A stretch of DNA of 64,000 nucleotides from Candidatus Aenigmatarchaeota archaeon. GTDB lineage: Archaea > Aenigmatarchaeota > Aenigmatarchaeia > PWEA01. Each line of letters opens with the position of its first letter. Within the stretch, counting starts at the first letter, position 1. Below the pieces are notes generated by a model. The model saw only the letters and a program-made list of their open reading frames with translations, had not been told where the DNA came from and ran no database searches. A program made the position numbers and the translations under genes. Shown here piece after piece: positions 48,072-56,553 of this stretch. The stretch spans positions 7,915-71,914 of the forward strand of contig PWEA01000005.1 of assembly GCA_003553905.1 (NCBI GenBank), in the 5' to 3' direction.

Positions 48072-48323
48072 ATGAAAGAAAAGGGTATATCGCTTGCGAT
48101 AAGGACCGTTGTAATCTTGATTATCTCTATACTCATACTACTTGCAGTTATCACCATGTTTACAGATGTATGGGATGTAAGTCCCTTTGAAGACACTAAA
48201 GGAAATATTTCCGAGGAATACGGACCGGATTGGGGTAATGGGGAAGAAAATGGCCAAGAAAGTTACAATACCTTTTCTTTAAGCAGTCTATCCGAAACCA
48301 CACATTCACTGTCTAGTCTTTAA
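48072..48323 (+). CDS. Short pilin-like protein
   Basis: EKG|ISLAIRTVVILII, similar to the N-termini of 60017 and 60398. Confidence 0.75.
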   Translation: MKEKGISLAIRTVVILIISILILLAVITMFTDVWDVSPFEDTKGNISEEYGPDWGNGEENGQESYNTFSLSSLSETTHSLSSL

Positions 48324-48330
48324 TCAATAG

Positions 48331-48512
48331 TGCGCCTGCCGGGAGTTCCCGAATCCCTCAGGAGAGGCATTCACATTATCTTCCGTGAACGTTTTGTCTT
48401 CTGCAAAAAGATTCTTTTGAACCCGGGCTTCGAGCATGGGAGGCTCGAGTCTTACCCAAAGGACGTAGACTTCGTCCACGTCGATCTCTAGGCCAGACTA
48501 GACCACAGGCGC
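48331..48512 (-). tRNA. tRNA-Gly (CCC) with two non-canonical introns (D-arm ~22/23, T-loop 59/60)
   Basis: Acceptor GCGCCTG/CAGGCGC-A, anticodon arm CGAGC-CTCCCAT-GCTCG, T-stem CCGGG/CCCGG; removing 48452-48487 and 48345-48415 gives a 75-nt cloverleaf. Confidence 0.9.
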
Positions 48513-48538
48513 ACGTTCTTATCCTTGTATTTTATAAC

Positions 48539-49669
48539 TTAAGTCTTTAATCCATGGCCTGTCACAATACAAACTACTTTTTCTCCCTGTCTGAAATTTT
48601 CTCTATTTTTCAGTATCCCTGCTAGCGCAACCGCACCTGCTTCTTCTGCATATATTCCTTCCCTTTTGGCTAGAACCTGTTTCGCCTCCAAAATATCTTT
48701 ATCGCTCACAGTAATACCCGTTCCTTCGCTTTCCCTCAAAGCCATGATAGCTTGGTCTCCGTCCAAGGGCTCTCCACATGATATTGCGTCCGCCACCGTA
48801 TCAGGTTGATCTATAACATCAGGTTTCTCCCGACCCTTGTTTAATGCCCCCACGACGGAATTGCAGCCCTTTGACTGAACACCAACCATCTCAGGACATT
48901 TCTTCAACAAACCTGTAGTCCTCAGCTCACAGAAACCTTTCCAAACGCCATGTATAAGGGTTCCGTTTCCGATGGGTGCAACAACTTTGTCAACCTCAGC
49001 CTGGTCGCCTATCTCATGACCTACTGTCTTTTCACCCTCGCCTCTGTAAGGATAGTCTCCCATGAGGTACATATCATCTTCTTCTTTGTCTTCCCATGCC
49101 CTCTCCTCTGCGTCATTGTAATCGTCGCTCACCTCTATAACCTCAGCACCGTGTTCTCTCATATGCTTTAGCTTCGGGCTCGCTACACCATGAGGTACAT
49201 ATATTCTTGCTTCAACGCTTGCCCTCGCACAGTAGGCAGCTATCGAAGAACCCATATTTCCGGTCGTGGCGGTAACTATCTCTTCGGCACCATGCTCCAG
49301 AGCCTTTCCAAGCTCGACGGAAGTTCCTCTGTCCTTGAAGCTCCCTGTAGGGTTCAAACTCTCCATCTTGAAGTAAAGGTCTATTCCTAGTTTCTCGCCT
49401 AAGCTTGTTGACTTTAAAAGAGGTGTTCCGCCCTCACCCATCCTTACTATAAAATCGGGGTCAAGGACAGGTAAAAGTTCCTTATATCTCAAGTGAGAAA
49501 AATTCCTTTCTCTCAAAAGATCCCAAGAAAGCTTGTTTTTTACCTCGTTGTAATTGTAAAGAACATCGACAGATGAATGGCATTTCTTACATGAATATCT
49601 TATTTCGTCTGCAGTATATACTTCACCGCACCCGACACAAACAAGGCCTTGTACATGCATACAATACAT
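48539..49669 (-). CDS. thrC: Threonine synthase (PLP fold II)
   Basis: N-terminal CxxC..CxxC, GEGGTPL, NPTGSFKDRG, TGN.G.S, P.GNG, VTGHGLK. Confidence 0.88.
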   Translation of the reverse strand: MYCMHVQGLVCVGCGEVYTADEIRYSCKKCHSSVDVLYNYNEVKNKLSWDLLRERNFSHLRYKELLPVLDPDFIVRMGEGGTPLLKSTSLGEKLGIDLYFKMESLNPTGSFKDRGTSVELGKALEHGAEEIVTATTGNMGSSIAAYCARASVEARIYVPHGVASPKLKHMREHGAEVIEVSDDYNDAEERAWEDKEEDDMYLMGDYPYRGEGEKTVGHEIGDQAEVDKVVAPIGNGTLIHGVWKGFCELRTTGLLKKCPEMVGVQSKGCNSVVGALNKGREKPDVIDQPDTVADAISCGEPLDGDQAIMALRESEGTGITVSDKDILEAKQVLAKREGIYAEEAGAVALAGILKNRENFRQGEKVVCIVTGHGLKT

Positions 49670-49720
49670 CTCTAATTCACAATTAATAACTATAACGCAG
49701 AAATGGATATATCCAACAGA

Positions 49721-50578
49721 CTACGGACTGTCCGGATCCATACATGTTCTTCCGTAATGAAAAAGATATTCCTGTGCGTAACCAGCATACTTTCCAAAGT
49801 AGTTTCTCATATTTTCCGACAGCTCGCTGTAGTTTTTCGAATATTTTCCATTATACTCCTTTTTAACTATCTTCCTTATCCAAGTATCAATGGGGAACGA
49901 TTCAAGGAAGTCCAAAGAAAAAAGAAGAACACAGTCTGCAACCTTTTCTCCGACACCAGGAAGTATCATTAGTTTATCCTTTGCTTCCTCGTAGTTTAAT
50001 CGCCTGATTTCACCGGGATCAACGACACCGTCCCGTATCATCTCAGAGGTCCTCTTGATGTATCCGGCTCTATATCCTGCATTGAGATCCCTCAGTTCGT
50101 TCTCCGGTACTTCTGCAAGACTCTCCGGTGATGGGAACTGGTAATACTCTCTGTCAAAGTCCAGAGATGCTCCATAGTTTATTCTGATGTCCTTCTGTAT
50201 TCTTTTTATCCTGGGGATCTGCATCTGTGATGAGGTTATATACGATATGAGACAAGGGAAAAAATCATCTCTAACGATACGAAGACCATAGTTCGCTGCT
50301 ATAGTTCTTTCAATAAACCTATCCTTGTTCATGGATTCATAGATATCATCAAGCTTGTCATCAAGCCTTAGAACATCGATGGGATCCACCTCATCGCCCT
50401 GGTTAGTATAAAAAAGCTTATCACCGTCTTGCCAGACCTTTAAAACACCACCACTTCTCACCGTATAATATTTCTCGGTGTCCTCCTCCTTGATCTTGTT
50501 CCAAGAAAATGTCTGTCCGCATTCAAGGGTCTTTTCTAAACTAAACGGAACGTCTTCGAGGTTTATGAAATCAACCAT
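49721..50578 (-). CDS. 8-oxoguanine DNA glycosylase (Ogg1/AlkA HhH-GPD family)
   Basis: TLECGQ.F.W, GYRA.YI, LPGVGEKVADC, FP.D.W, AGYAQEYLF. Confidence 0.9.
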   Translation of the reverse strand: MVDFINLEDVPFSLEKTLECGQTFSWNKIKEEDTEKYYTVRSGGVLKVWQDGDKLFYTNQGDEVDPIDVLRLDDKLDDIYESMNKDRFIERTIAANYGLRIVRDDFFPCLISYITSSQMQIPRIKRIQKDIRINYGASLDFDREYYQFPSPESLAEVPENELRDLNAGYRAGYIKRTSEMIRDGVVDPGEIRRLNYEEAKDKLMILPGVGEKVADCVLLFSLDFLESFPIDTWIRKIVKKEYNGKYSKNYSELSENMRNYFGKYAGYAQEYLFHYGRTCMDPDSP

Positions 50579-50756
50579 CTATATCACCAGCTTTTCTGAA
50601 CTTCCCATCGGAGTCCTTTGGTTTAGGTCGTGAACAACGGTTCGTTTTTTCTTTGTATGTAGCACCACAGTTATGACATTTCACACGTTTTTCTGCCTTG
50701 GACTTCTGCCTAAATCCACAGCGAGGACATCGGTGGTAAAAGACTTTATCTCTCAT
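50571..50756 (-). CDS. Small basic zinc-ribbon protein
   Basis: CPRC...CHNC; overlaps the glycosylase start. Confidence 0.65.
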   Translation of the reverse strand: MRDKVFYHRCPRCGFRQKSKAEKRVKCHNCGATYKEKTNRCSRPKPKDSDGKFRKAGDIDG

Positions 50757-50837
50757 CGATCATAGTTTCGATCTCAAGTCTAAAAAGTTATTCGGTGGGT
50801 AACAGAATATTTAAACCATCGAGAAAAAGAATTGTTC

Positions 50838-51329
50838 ATGGAAAAGCTTTACCTTGATATAGAAACAACCGGCCTAAGTAAGGAAAGGAACAAAGTTACT
50901 GTAGTGGGGGCCTACGATGGAAACAGAGTTTATCAGCTTGTGAAGGGGAGGAACCTAAACCAAAAAGCTGTAGAAGAACTACTTGACAAAGCCGAAAGGA
51001 TAGTTACATACAACGGAAAAAGATTTGACATACCGTTTCTAGAGCACAACTACAACCTAGAGGTGGATATTGATCATAAAGATCTAATGTATCTTGGATG
51101 GAAATGTGACCTAAAGGGCGGACTAAAGGTAATAGAAAAAGAGATAGGAATAGGGAGAGATTCGGGTGTTTGTGGTGGTTCGGAAGCAGTTCGCCTCTGG
51201 AAAAAATACAAACAAAACAACTGCAGTAAGTCGCTCAGAAAGCTTCTTATGTACAACAGGGAAGACGTAGTAAATCTTGTAGATGTAGAAAAAGCCATAG
51301 TGAAGAGGCTACAAAAGCAAAACTCATGA
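50838..51329 (+). CDS. YprB-like RNase H-fold (DEDD) exonuclease
   Basis: LDIETTGL, VTYNG..FD.PFL, H.DL, GGLK..E, YN.EDV. Confidence 0.88.
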   Translation: MEKLYLDIETTGLSKERNKVTVVGAYDGNRVYQLVKGRNLNQKAVEELLDKAERIVTYNGKRFDIPFLEHNYNLEVDIDHKDLMYLGWKCDLKGGLKVIEKEIGIGRDSGVCGGSEAVRLWKKYKQNNCSKSLRKLLMYNREDVVNLVDVEKAIVKRLQKQNS

Positions 51330-51335
51330 AACCAG

Positions 51336-51713
51336 ATGTCCGAAAAAGATAAGTTTTCAAAGGGTCTATATCTTCTTTTCATCCGCCTCGATGTCAGTAA
51401 AACTATAGGAATAGGGAAACTAGGAAACTTTGAATTCAAACCAGGGATATATTGTTACGTTGGATCGGGTATGAACAACCTGGATAAAAGGATTGAAAGA
51501 CATATTTCAGACGACAAGAAAAAACACTGGCATATAGACTACTTTCTCGAGGAGGCAGAAATCATAGCTACGGTAAAGATAAGAACCGAAAACAATGACG
51601 AATGTCTCCTAAACAAAGCTATTTCTATCTTAAGCAAAGAAACCCCGGTCAAAAAATTTGGATCTTCCGACTGTAACTGCAGAGCTCATCTTCACTATAT
51701 GGAGGAGAAGTAA
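51336..51713 (+). CDS. GIY-YIG (DUF123/Uri) nuclease
   Basis: G.Y.L, G.Y.YVGS, R..RH, HWHIDY, FGSSDC.C..HL. Confidence 0.9.
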   Translation: MSEKDKFSKGLYLLFIRLDVSKTIGIGKLGNFEFKPGIYCYVGSGMNNLDKRIERHISDDKKKHWHIDYFLEEAEIIATVKIRTENNDECLLNKAISILSKETPVKKFGSSDCNCRAHLHYMEEK

Positions 51714-51788
51714 AGCTATTCAATGCTTAAATACTTTACCGACCTTATATTAGCCTATTGTCTCTTAACCTGGAAAGGAGGTGAAAAA

Positions 51789-52076
51789 ATGAGCCAAGAA
51801 AATGAAATCGACAAAGAACTGTATTCTTTTGAAGAATTCAACGAAGTCATACGGGATCCTTATGCTACCGATATCGGTGCTGTTGCGCTGAATTTCGAGC
51901 CGGAGAACTGCAGACAAAGATTTTATAAAGCAATGGTCCTCGAAGGCCAGTGTTTTTTCGATGAAGCAGAAAAAGAGTATACATCTGTACTTGAAGAAGC
52001 CGAAGACCAATGTAACGAAGAAATCAAGTTCATGGCCGGTTACAGACTACACAAGCTTCCAAAGAAAAAGGATTGA
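51789..52076 (+). CDS. Hypothetical TPR-like protein
   Basis: GGAGGTGA RBS before ATG 51789; FYKA..LE.Q..F.EA...Y helix pair. Confidence 0.6.
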   Translation: MSQENEIDKELYSFEEFNEVIRDPYATDIGAVALNFEPENCRQRFYKAMVLEGQCFFDEAEKEYTSVLEEAEDQCNEEIKFMAGYRLHKLPKKKD

Positions 52077-52139
52077 ATAGACAGAAAGAATTTGTAAATA
52101 TTTAAAAAGGTAGTTGTCTAAGATAAGAACGGGGATAGT

Positions 52140-52685
52140 GTGTTAAGGAAATTAAAAGAAAGTTTTTTCTCGGCTTCTCGAAAGAGTGGGAGTTCGACAG
52201 AGAGACCCTATCCAAGGGTAGCAGAAAGCGCTTGGGTGGCTCCGGATGCTGTACTTATCGGAGATGTAGAAATAGGTGAAAACAGTTCTGTATGGCCTGG
52301 CACTGTGATTAGAGCAGACATAGGAAAAGTAAAAATAGGAGAAAATACGAACATCCAGGACAATGTTGTCATACACCCTAACTCCAAGGACGGCGTTAGT
52401 ATAGGAGACAACGTAACAGTTGCCCACGGAACTGTTCTCGACGGCTGTGATGTCGACGATAACGTAATGATAGGAATAAATGTTACTGCTCTGCATCACA
52501 CCAGGATAAAAAGGAACAGCATAATAGGAGCAGGAAGCCTGCTTCCTCCGGGAACTGAGACTAAGCCAAATTCTGTCTACAGTGGAAATCCTGCAGAAAA
52601 GGTAAGAGAACTCCAAGAACAGGACAGAGAAGTCATGAAAAAGATGGCAAAGAGCTACGTAAACCTGAAAGGAGAATACCAGTAG
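52140..52685 (+). CDS. Gamma-carbonic anhydrase family (hexapeptide repeat) protein
   Basis: LIGDV.IG..SSVW...VIR.D, IG..TNIQD...IH, G.PA...R. Confidence 0.9.
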   Translation: MLRKLKESFFSASRKSGSSTERPYPRVAESAWVAPDAVLIGDVEIGENSSVWPGTVIRADIGKVKIGENTNIQDNVVIHPNSKDGVSIGDNVTVAHGTVLDGCDVDDNVMIGINVTALHHTRIKRNSIIGAGSLLPPGTETKPNSVYSGNPAEKVRELQEQDREVMKKMAKSYVNLKGEYQ

Positions 52686-52709
52686 AACTGGATTTCTTCC
52701 CGATGTTAT

Positions 52710-53732
52710 ATGGGTGTGAATATTGCGGATCTCGTTGAACCTGAAGAATCTTCTTTAGATTCATTTAAAGGCAGAGCCTTTGCTATCGATGCTCTTAACA
52801 TGCTCTATCAGTTCCTCTCTATAATACGACAACCAGATGGCGAACCATTGAAAGACTCAAATGGAAGGATAACATCCCATCTTTCGGGCCTTTTCTACAG
52901 AACCACAAAGCTCGTAGAACATGAGATTAGACCCTTCTATGTTTTTGATGGAAAGCCTCCTGAATTTAAGGAGAGTGTAAACAACGAGAGAAGGGAAAAA
53001 AGAGAGGAAGCAAGGAAGAAATACAAGGATGCACTGAAGAGAGGTAATATAGAGAAAGCAGAAAAATATGCTAAACAATCAACAACGGTCCAAAAAGAGA
53101 TGGTAAACCAGTCTAAAAATCTACTGGATGCCATGGGAATCCCGTGGGTACAAGCACCAAGCGAAGGTGAGGCCCAGGCCGCACATATGACAAAAAAAGG
53201 TGATGCATGGGCGGTAGGAAGCCAAGATTTTGATGCACTTCTGTTTGGTTCACCAATACTCGTGAGGAATCTAACTATAACAGGAAAAAGAAAGCTCCCC
53301 AATAAGCAACAATACAAGAAGATTAGACCAGAGAAGCTGGATCTCGAGAAAATACTGAACAAAAACGGCATAAGTAGAGAACAACTAATTATAATGGGAA
53401 TACTTGTAGGGACTGACTACACTCCAGGCGGTGTAAAGGGTGTAGGCCCTAAGAACGCGTTAAAGCTTGTAAAAAAACACGGAGATCTACGCTCTGTAAT
53501 CAATCAAGTTGATTGGCCTTTCGAAAAGGACCCAGAAGATATATTAAACCTATTCATGAACCCGTCTGTGACCGATGATTATAAAATCGAATGGCGGGAT
53601 CCCAGTAAAGAAAAGATCAAGAGCTTTCTGTGTGATAGACATGATTTTTCCGAAGACAGAATAAAAAAGCCCATTGAAAGATTACAAAGGGACAGAAACA
53701 AAGGAACACAGTCAAGACTCGACACATTCTAA
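52710..53732 (+). CDS. fen: Flap endonuclease 1
   Basis: MGV, IDA.N.LYQFL, SHLSG, EGEAQA, SQD.D, GTDY; PIP box QSRLDTF. Confidence 0.97.
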   Translation: MGVNIADLVEPEESSLDSFKGRAFAIDALNMLYQFLSIIRQPDGEPLKDSNGRITSHLSGLFYRTTKLVEHEIRPFYVFDGKPPEFKESVNNERREKREEARKKYKDALKRGNIEKAEKYAKQSTTVQKEMVNQSKNLLDAMGIPWVQAPSEGEAQAAHMTKKGDAWAVGSQDFDALLFGSPILVRNLTITGKRKLPNKQQYKKIRPEKLDLEKILNKNGISREQLIIMGILVGTDYTPGGVKGVGPKNALKLVKKHGDLRSVINQVDWPFEKDPEDILNLFMNPSVTDDYKIEWRDPSKEKIKSFLCDRHDFSEDRIKKPIERLQRDRNKGTQSRLDTF

Positions 53733-54971
53733 GCTGACATCAATCCCAAGGAGTTCTTCAGTATGTTTCACGAGTTCATCCTCCAGTTCATCTATCGTAT
53801 TCTCAAGATCCTTCTGTTTCTGCTTCGTTTTTTCGAGTCTATCCCTCATATCTTCTATATCCTCACTTTTTCTCTTTATCTTTCCACTAATATTCTCTTT
53901 GGGCCCCTCTGATAAAAGATTCTCGATTGATTCTTCTAGTTTGTTTCTTTCCTCTTCTAAATCATAAATGGTTTCAACAGAGGACTTGATTTTGTTTATA
54001 TCAACAGCATCGAGTTCATTTTCAAGTCTTTTTGCTTCTGAGTCATCGAAGTCCAGATTCCTGTCAGCAAGCTTTTCATCAAGTTTCTCAGTTGTTTTTA
54101 ATAAGAACGAAAGGCCTTCGTCTTTTTTGGTAGCCAGAACAGGCTTGGTGATATAATGTTCAAGAAGCTCTTCCTCTCCTGAAAAAAAACCAAAATATCT
54201 TAGCTTCTTAAGACCTCTTTTTAGTGGCGATATACTACTGCGTATCCTGCTCTTCTCCTTTTCCATTTTCTTCTCTACATCCCCCATCCTTTGGCGCTTT
54301 TCTTCTATGGCTTCTCTATCTTCAGATTTTTCTATCTCCTCCAACTTTTTATGAAGTTTTTCTCTTTCTTCGAGGCTGTCCTCCAACTCGATTTTTATCT
54401 TTTCATGCCTATCTGAAAGTTCCGAAAGCCTTTCGATCTTTTGATTGAGTTCCTTGTATAAATCAACTATTTCGACGGTCTTCTGTAGGTCTTCATCTAT
54501 ATCAAGAGATCTTTCTAGTTCTCTTATTGAATTAACTATTCCCTTTGTAACGTCTGGCTGTGCCTTATCAAGTACAACCAAACTCCTCTTTATATTATCT
54601 GAAACCTTATCGAGCTCCGACGATCTATCCTCCAGGAAGCTTTGCAATTGTTTGTATCCTCTTCCATCGGGTATAGTAAACTTATCGATGAAACTCTGAA
54701 GATGCTTTATCAAAACCTTTCTGTTTGATTGGGCCATTTTCTTAAGCCTGGGTGCCATTTCATCGGGAAGATCCTTTTCCTCGAACTCTACCAAAGCCTT
54801 CTGCAAGCCTTCCATAGAATTCTTTATTTGGGAGTATACTTCGTTCTGATCGCTCCAGTCGAAACCATCCAAACCCTTGAGCTGATTCTCAAACCAACAG
54901 AGGAAATCTTGAAACTTAACCGTTTTCTCTTCCTTTTTTTTGTCAGTAAAAAACCCAAATACAGAAGACAT
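53712..54971 (-). CDS. Long coiled-coil hypothetical protein
   Basis: 419 aa heptad-rich. Confidence 0.75.
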   Translation of the reverse strand: MSSVFGFFTDKKKEEKTVKFQDFLCWFENQLKGLDGFDWSDQNEVYSQIKNSMEGLQKALVEFEEKDLPDEMAPRLKKMAQSNRKVLIKHLQSFIDKFTIPDGRGYKQLQSFLEDRSSELDKVSDNIKRSLVVLDKAQPDVTKGIVNSIRELERSLDIDEDLQKTVEIVDLYKELNQKIERLSELSDRHEKIKIELEDSLEEREKLHKKLEEIEKSEDREAIEEKRQRMGDVEKKMEKEKSRIRSSISPLKRGLKKLRYFGFFSGEEELLEHYITKPVLATKKDEGLSFLLKTTEKLDEKLADRNLDFDDSEAKRLENELDAVDINKIKSSVETIYDLEEERNKLEESIENLLSEGPKENISGKIKRKSEDIEDMRDRLEKTKQKQKDLENTIDELEDELVKHTEELLGIDVSLECVES

Positions 54972-54994
54972 ATAAAACCTATTTTATTTTAAAC

Positions 54995-55642
54995 TCAAAA
55001 ACCTTTGGTTCCTCTGAGCTTAACGAAACGATAACCCCTTTCTTTCTTTATGAGATCTAAACCGTCGTCTTTCTTCTCAAAAACAACAAGACTGTGTAAA
55101 ACTATTTCTCCGAGGGGAGTAACCAGCCTCCCTCCTACCTTAAGCTGTTCAACCCATTCGTCCTGAATCTCTGGAGAAACGGCAGTACAGATTATACTAT
55201 CATATGGAGCATATTTTTGTAGACCGATCGACCCATCCCCAAAAACAACCTCCACGTTGTCTATACCTGCCTTATTGATATTTTCTCTGGCGTTCTTTGC
55301 CAGCCCTTCAATTAGTTCAACTGTATAAACTTTTCCCGAACTTCCAACAAGACGAGAAAGTACAGCAGACTGCCATCCGGACCCAGCACCTATTTCAAGT
55401 ATTCTGTCACCCTCCTTGACGTCAAGAAACTCTGTCATCTTTGCAACAACAGACGGTTGGGAAATAGTTTGACCATGACCTATGGAAAGAGGTGAGTCGG
55501 TGTATGCCTTTTCTTTGTCTTTACTTGAAACAAAAAGATGCCTCGGAACCTTTCTCATAGCCTTCTCAACACGTTCAGAAGTAAGATTGCCCTTGGCCTT
55601 CATGGTTTCGATTAAAGAATCTATATCCTCTTTTTTGTTCAT
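54995..55642 (-). CDS. pcm: Protein-L-isoaspartate O-methyltransferase
   Basis: VPRH.F, AY.D.PL, GQTISQP, LEIG.GSG, GDG..G, APYD. Confidence 0.95.
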   Translation of the reverse strand: MNKKEDIDSLIETMKAKGNLTSERVEKAMRKVPRHLFVSSKDKEKAYTDSPLSIGHGQTISQPSVVAKMTEFLDVKEGDRILEIGAGSGWQSAVLSRLVGSSGKVYTVELIEGLAKNARENINKAGIDNVEVVFGDGSIGLQKYAPYDSIICTAVSPEIQDEWVEQLKVGGRLVTPLGEIVLHSLVVFEKKDDGLDLIKKERGYRFVKLRGTKGF

Positions 55643-55680
55643 ACAAAACCTTTTATTTATCGCTTCACATAAAGTTTTCT

Positions 55681-56535
55681 ATGCCGATGCCCGACGTCGA
55701 TGAGACTGTAAAAAAGATAAAGAACCTTGAAATACAGGGAGCACAGTCAATAGCAAAGGAAAGTCTTAAAGTTCTTTCGAAGATAGTCGAAGAAGAAGGG
55801 TTCGGTGAAAAATTCGAAGAAGCAGCAGAAAGATTGAAAAATGCGCGTCCCACGGGAGTATCAGCACATAACTGCATAAACTTTGTTAAAAGAAGGGGAG
55901 AGATAGAAGCCATAGACGCAACCCTAGACTATCTAAACACCGCAAAAAACGAAGCGGGTAAAGTAGTCGCAGATATTGTAAAGGACGAATCCGTAATACT
56001 GACACATTGTCACTCTTCTGCTGTTATAGCAGCTTTTAGGAGTATGCTGGATATGGACAGAAACTTCCGTGTGATAGTTACAGAAACCGAGCCAAAGCTA
56101 CAAGGCGTTAAAACAGCAAAAAAGCTCAATGAGATGAACATACCTGTCAATTATATAGTAGATGCAGCAGCCGGGCTATATATGTGGGCTGCAGACTACG
56201 TGTTTGTTGGCGTGGATTCGATAAGGCCTTCTGGTGTCCTGAACAAGATAGGAACATATATGCTATCCCTTGCTGCGAAGGAGGATCCTGATACGGAGTT
56301 TTACTTCATAGCTACAAAGGACAAATTCGACTACGACAACTTCTCAACACTGGAAGAGAGATCGCCTGATGAAATACGGGAACACGAATACCTTGAGAAA
56401 GAACACGAACTGGTACTAGAAAATCCTGCCTTTGATATGACACCCTGGGCAAATATAGACAAACTAATAACGGAAGACGGTGTAATGAAAAAACATGAAA
56501 TAATAGAAGAGTTAAAAGGAAGGTTCACAATATAG
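55681..56535 (+). CDS. Ribose-1,5-bisphosphate isomerase (eIF-2B alpha/beta/delta family)
   Basis: IQGA..IA, ARPT, LTHCHS, ET.P..QG, NKIGT, NPAFD.TP; directly upstream of RuBisCO. Confidence 0.88.
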   Translation: MPMPDVDETVKKIKNLEIQGAQSIAKESLKVLSKIVEEEGFGEKFEEAAERLKNARPTGVSAHNCINFVKRRGEIEAIDATLDYLNTAKNEAGKVVADIVKDESVILTHCHSSAVIAAFRSMLDMDRNFRVIVTETEPKLQGVKTAKKLNEMNIPVNYIVDAAAGLYMWAADYVFVGVDSIRPSGVLNKIGTYMLSLAAKEDPDTEFYFIATKDKFDYDNFSTLEERSPDEIREHEYLEKEHELVLENPAFDMTPWANIDKLITEDGVMKKHEIIEELKGRFTI

Positions 56536-56553
56536 ATAGAGAGGGATGAATTT

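Noticed and set aside
33579-48323. Canonical archaellum operon
   Set aside because: No archaellin-like N-termini (G...LIVFIA.VLVAA) and no ArlH or ArlF/G recognised
29479-48512. Pilus locus as an element integrated at the 3' end of tRNA-Gly
   Set aside because: No integrase, and I noticed no duplicated tRNA 3' end (att site) or obvious compositional shift; not exhaustively searched
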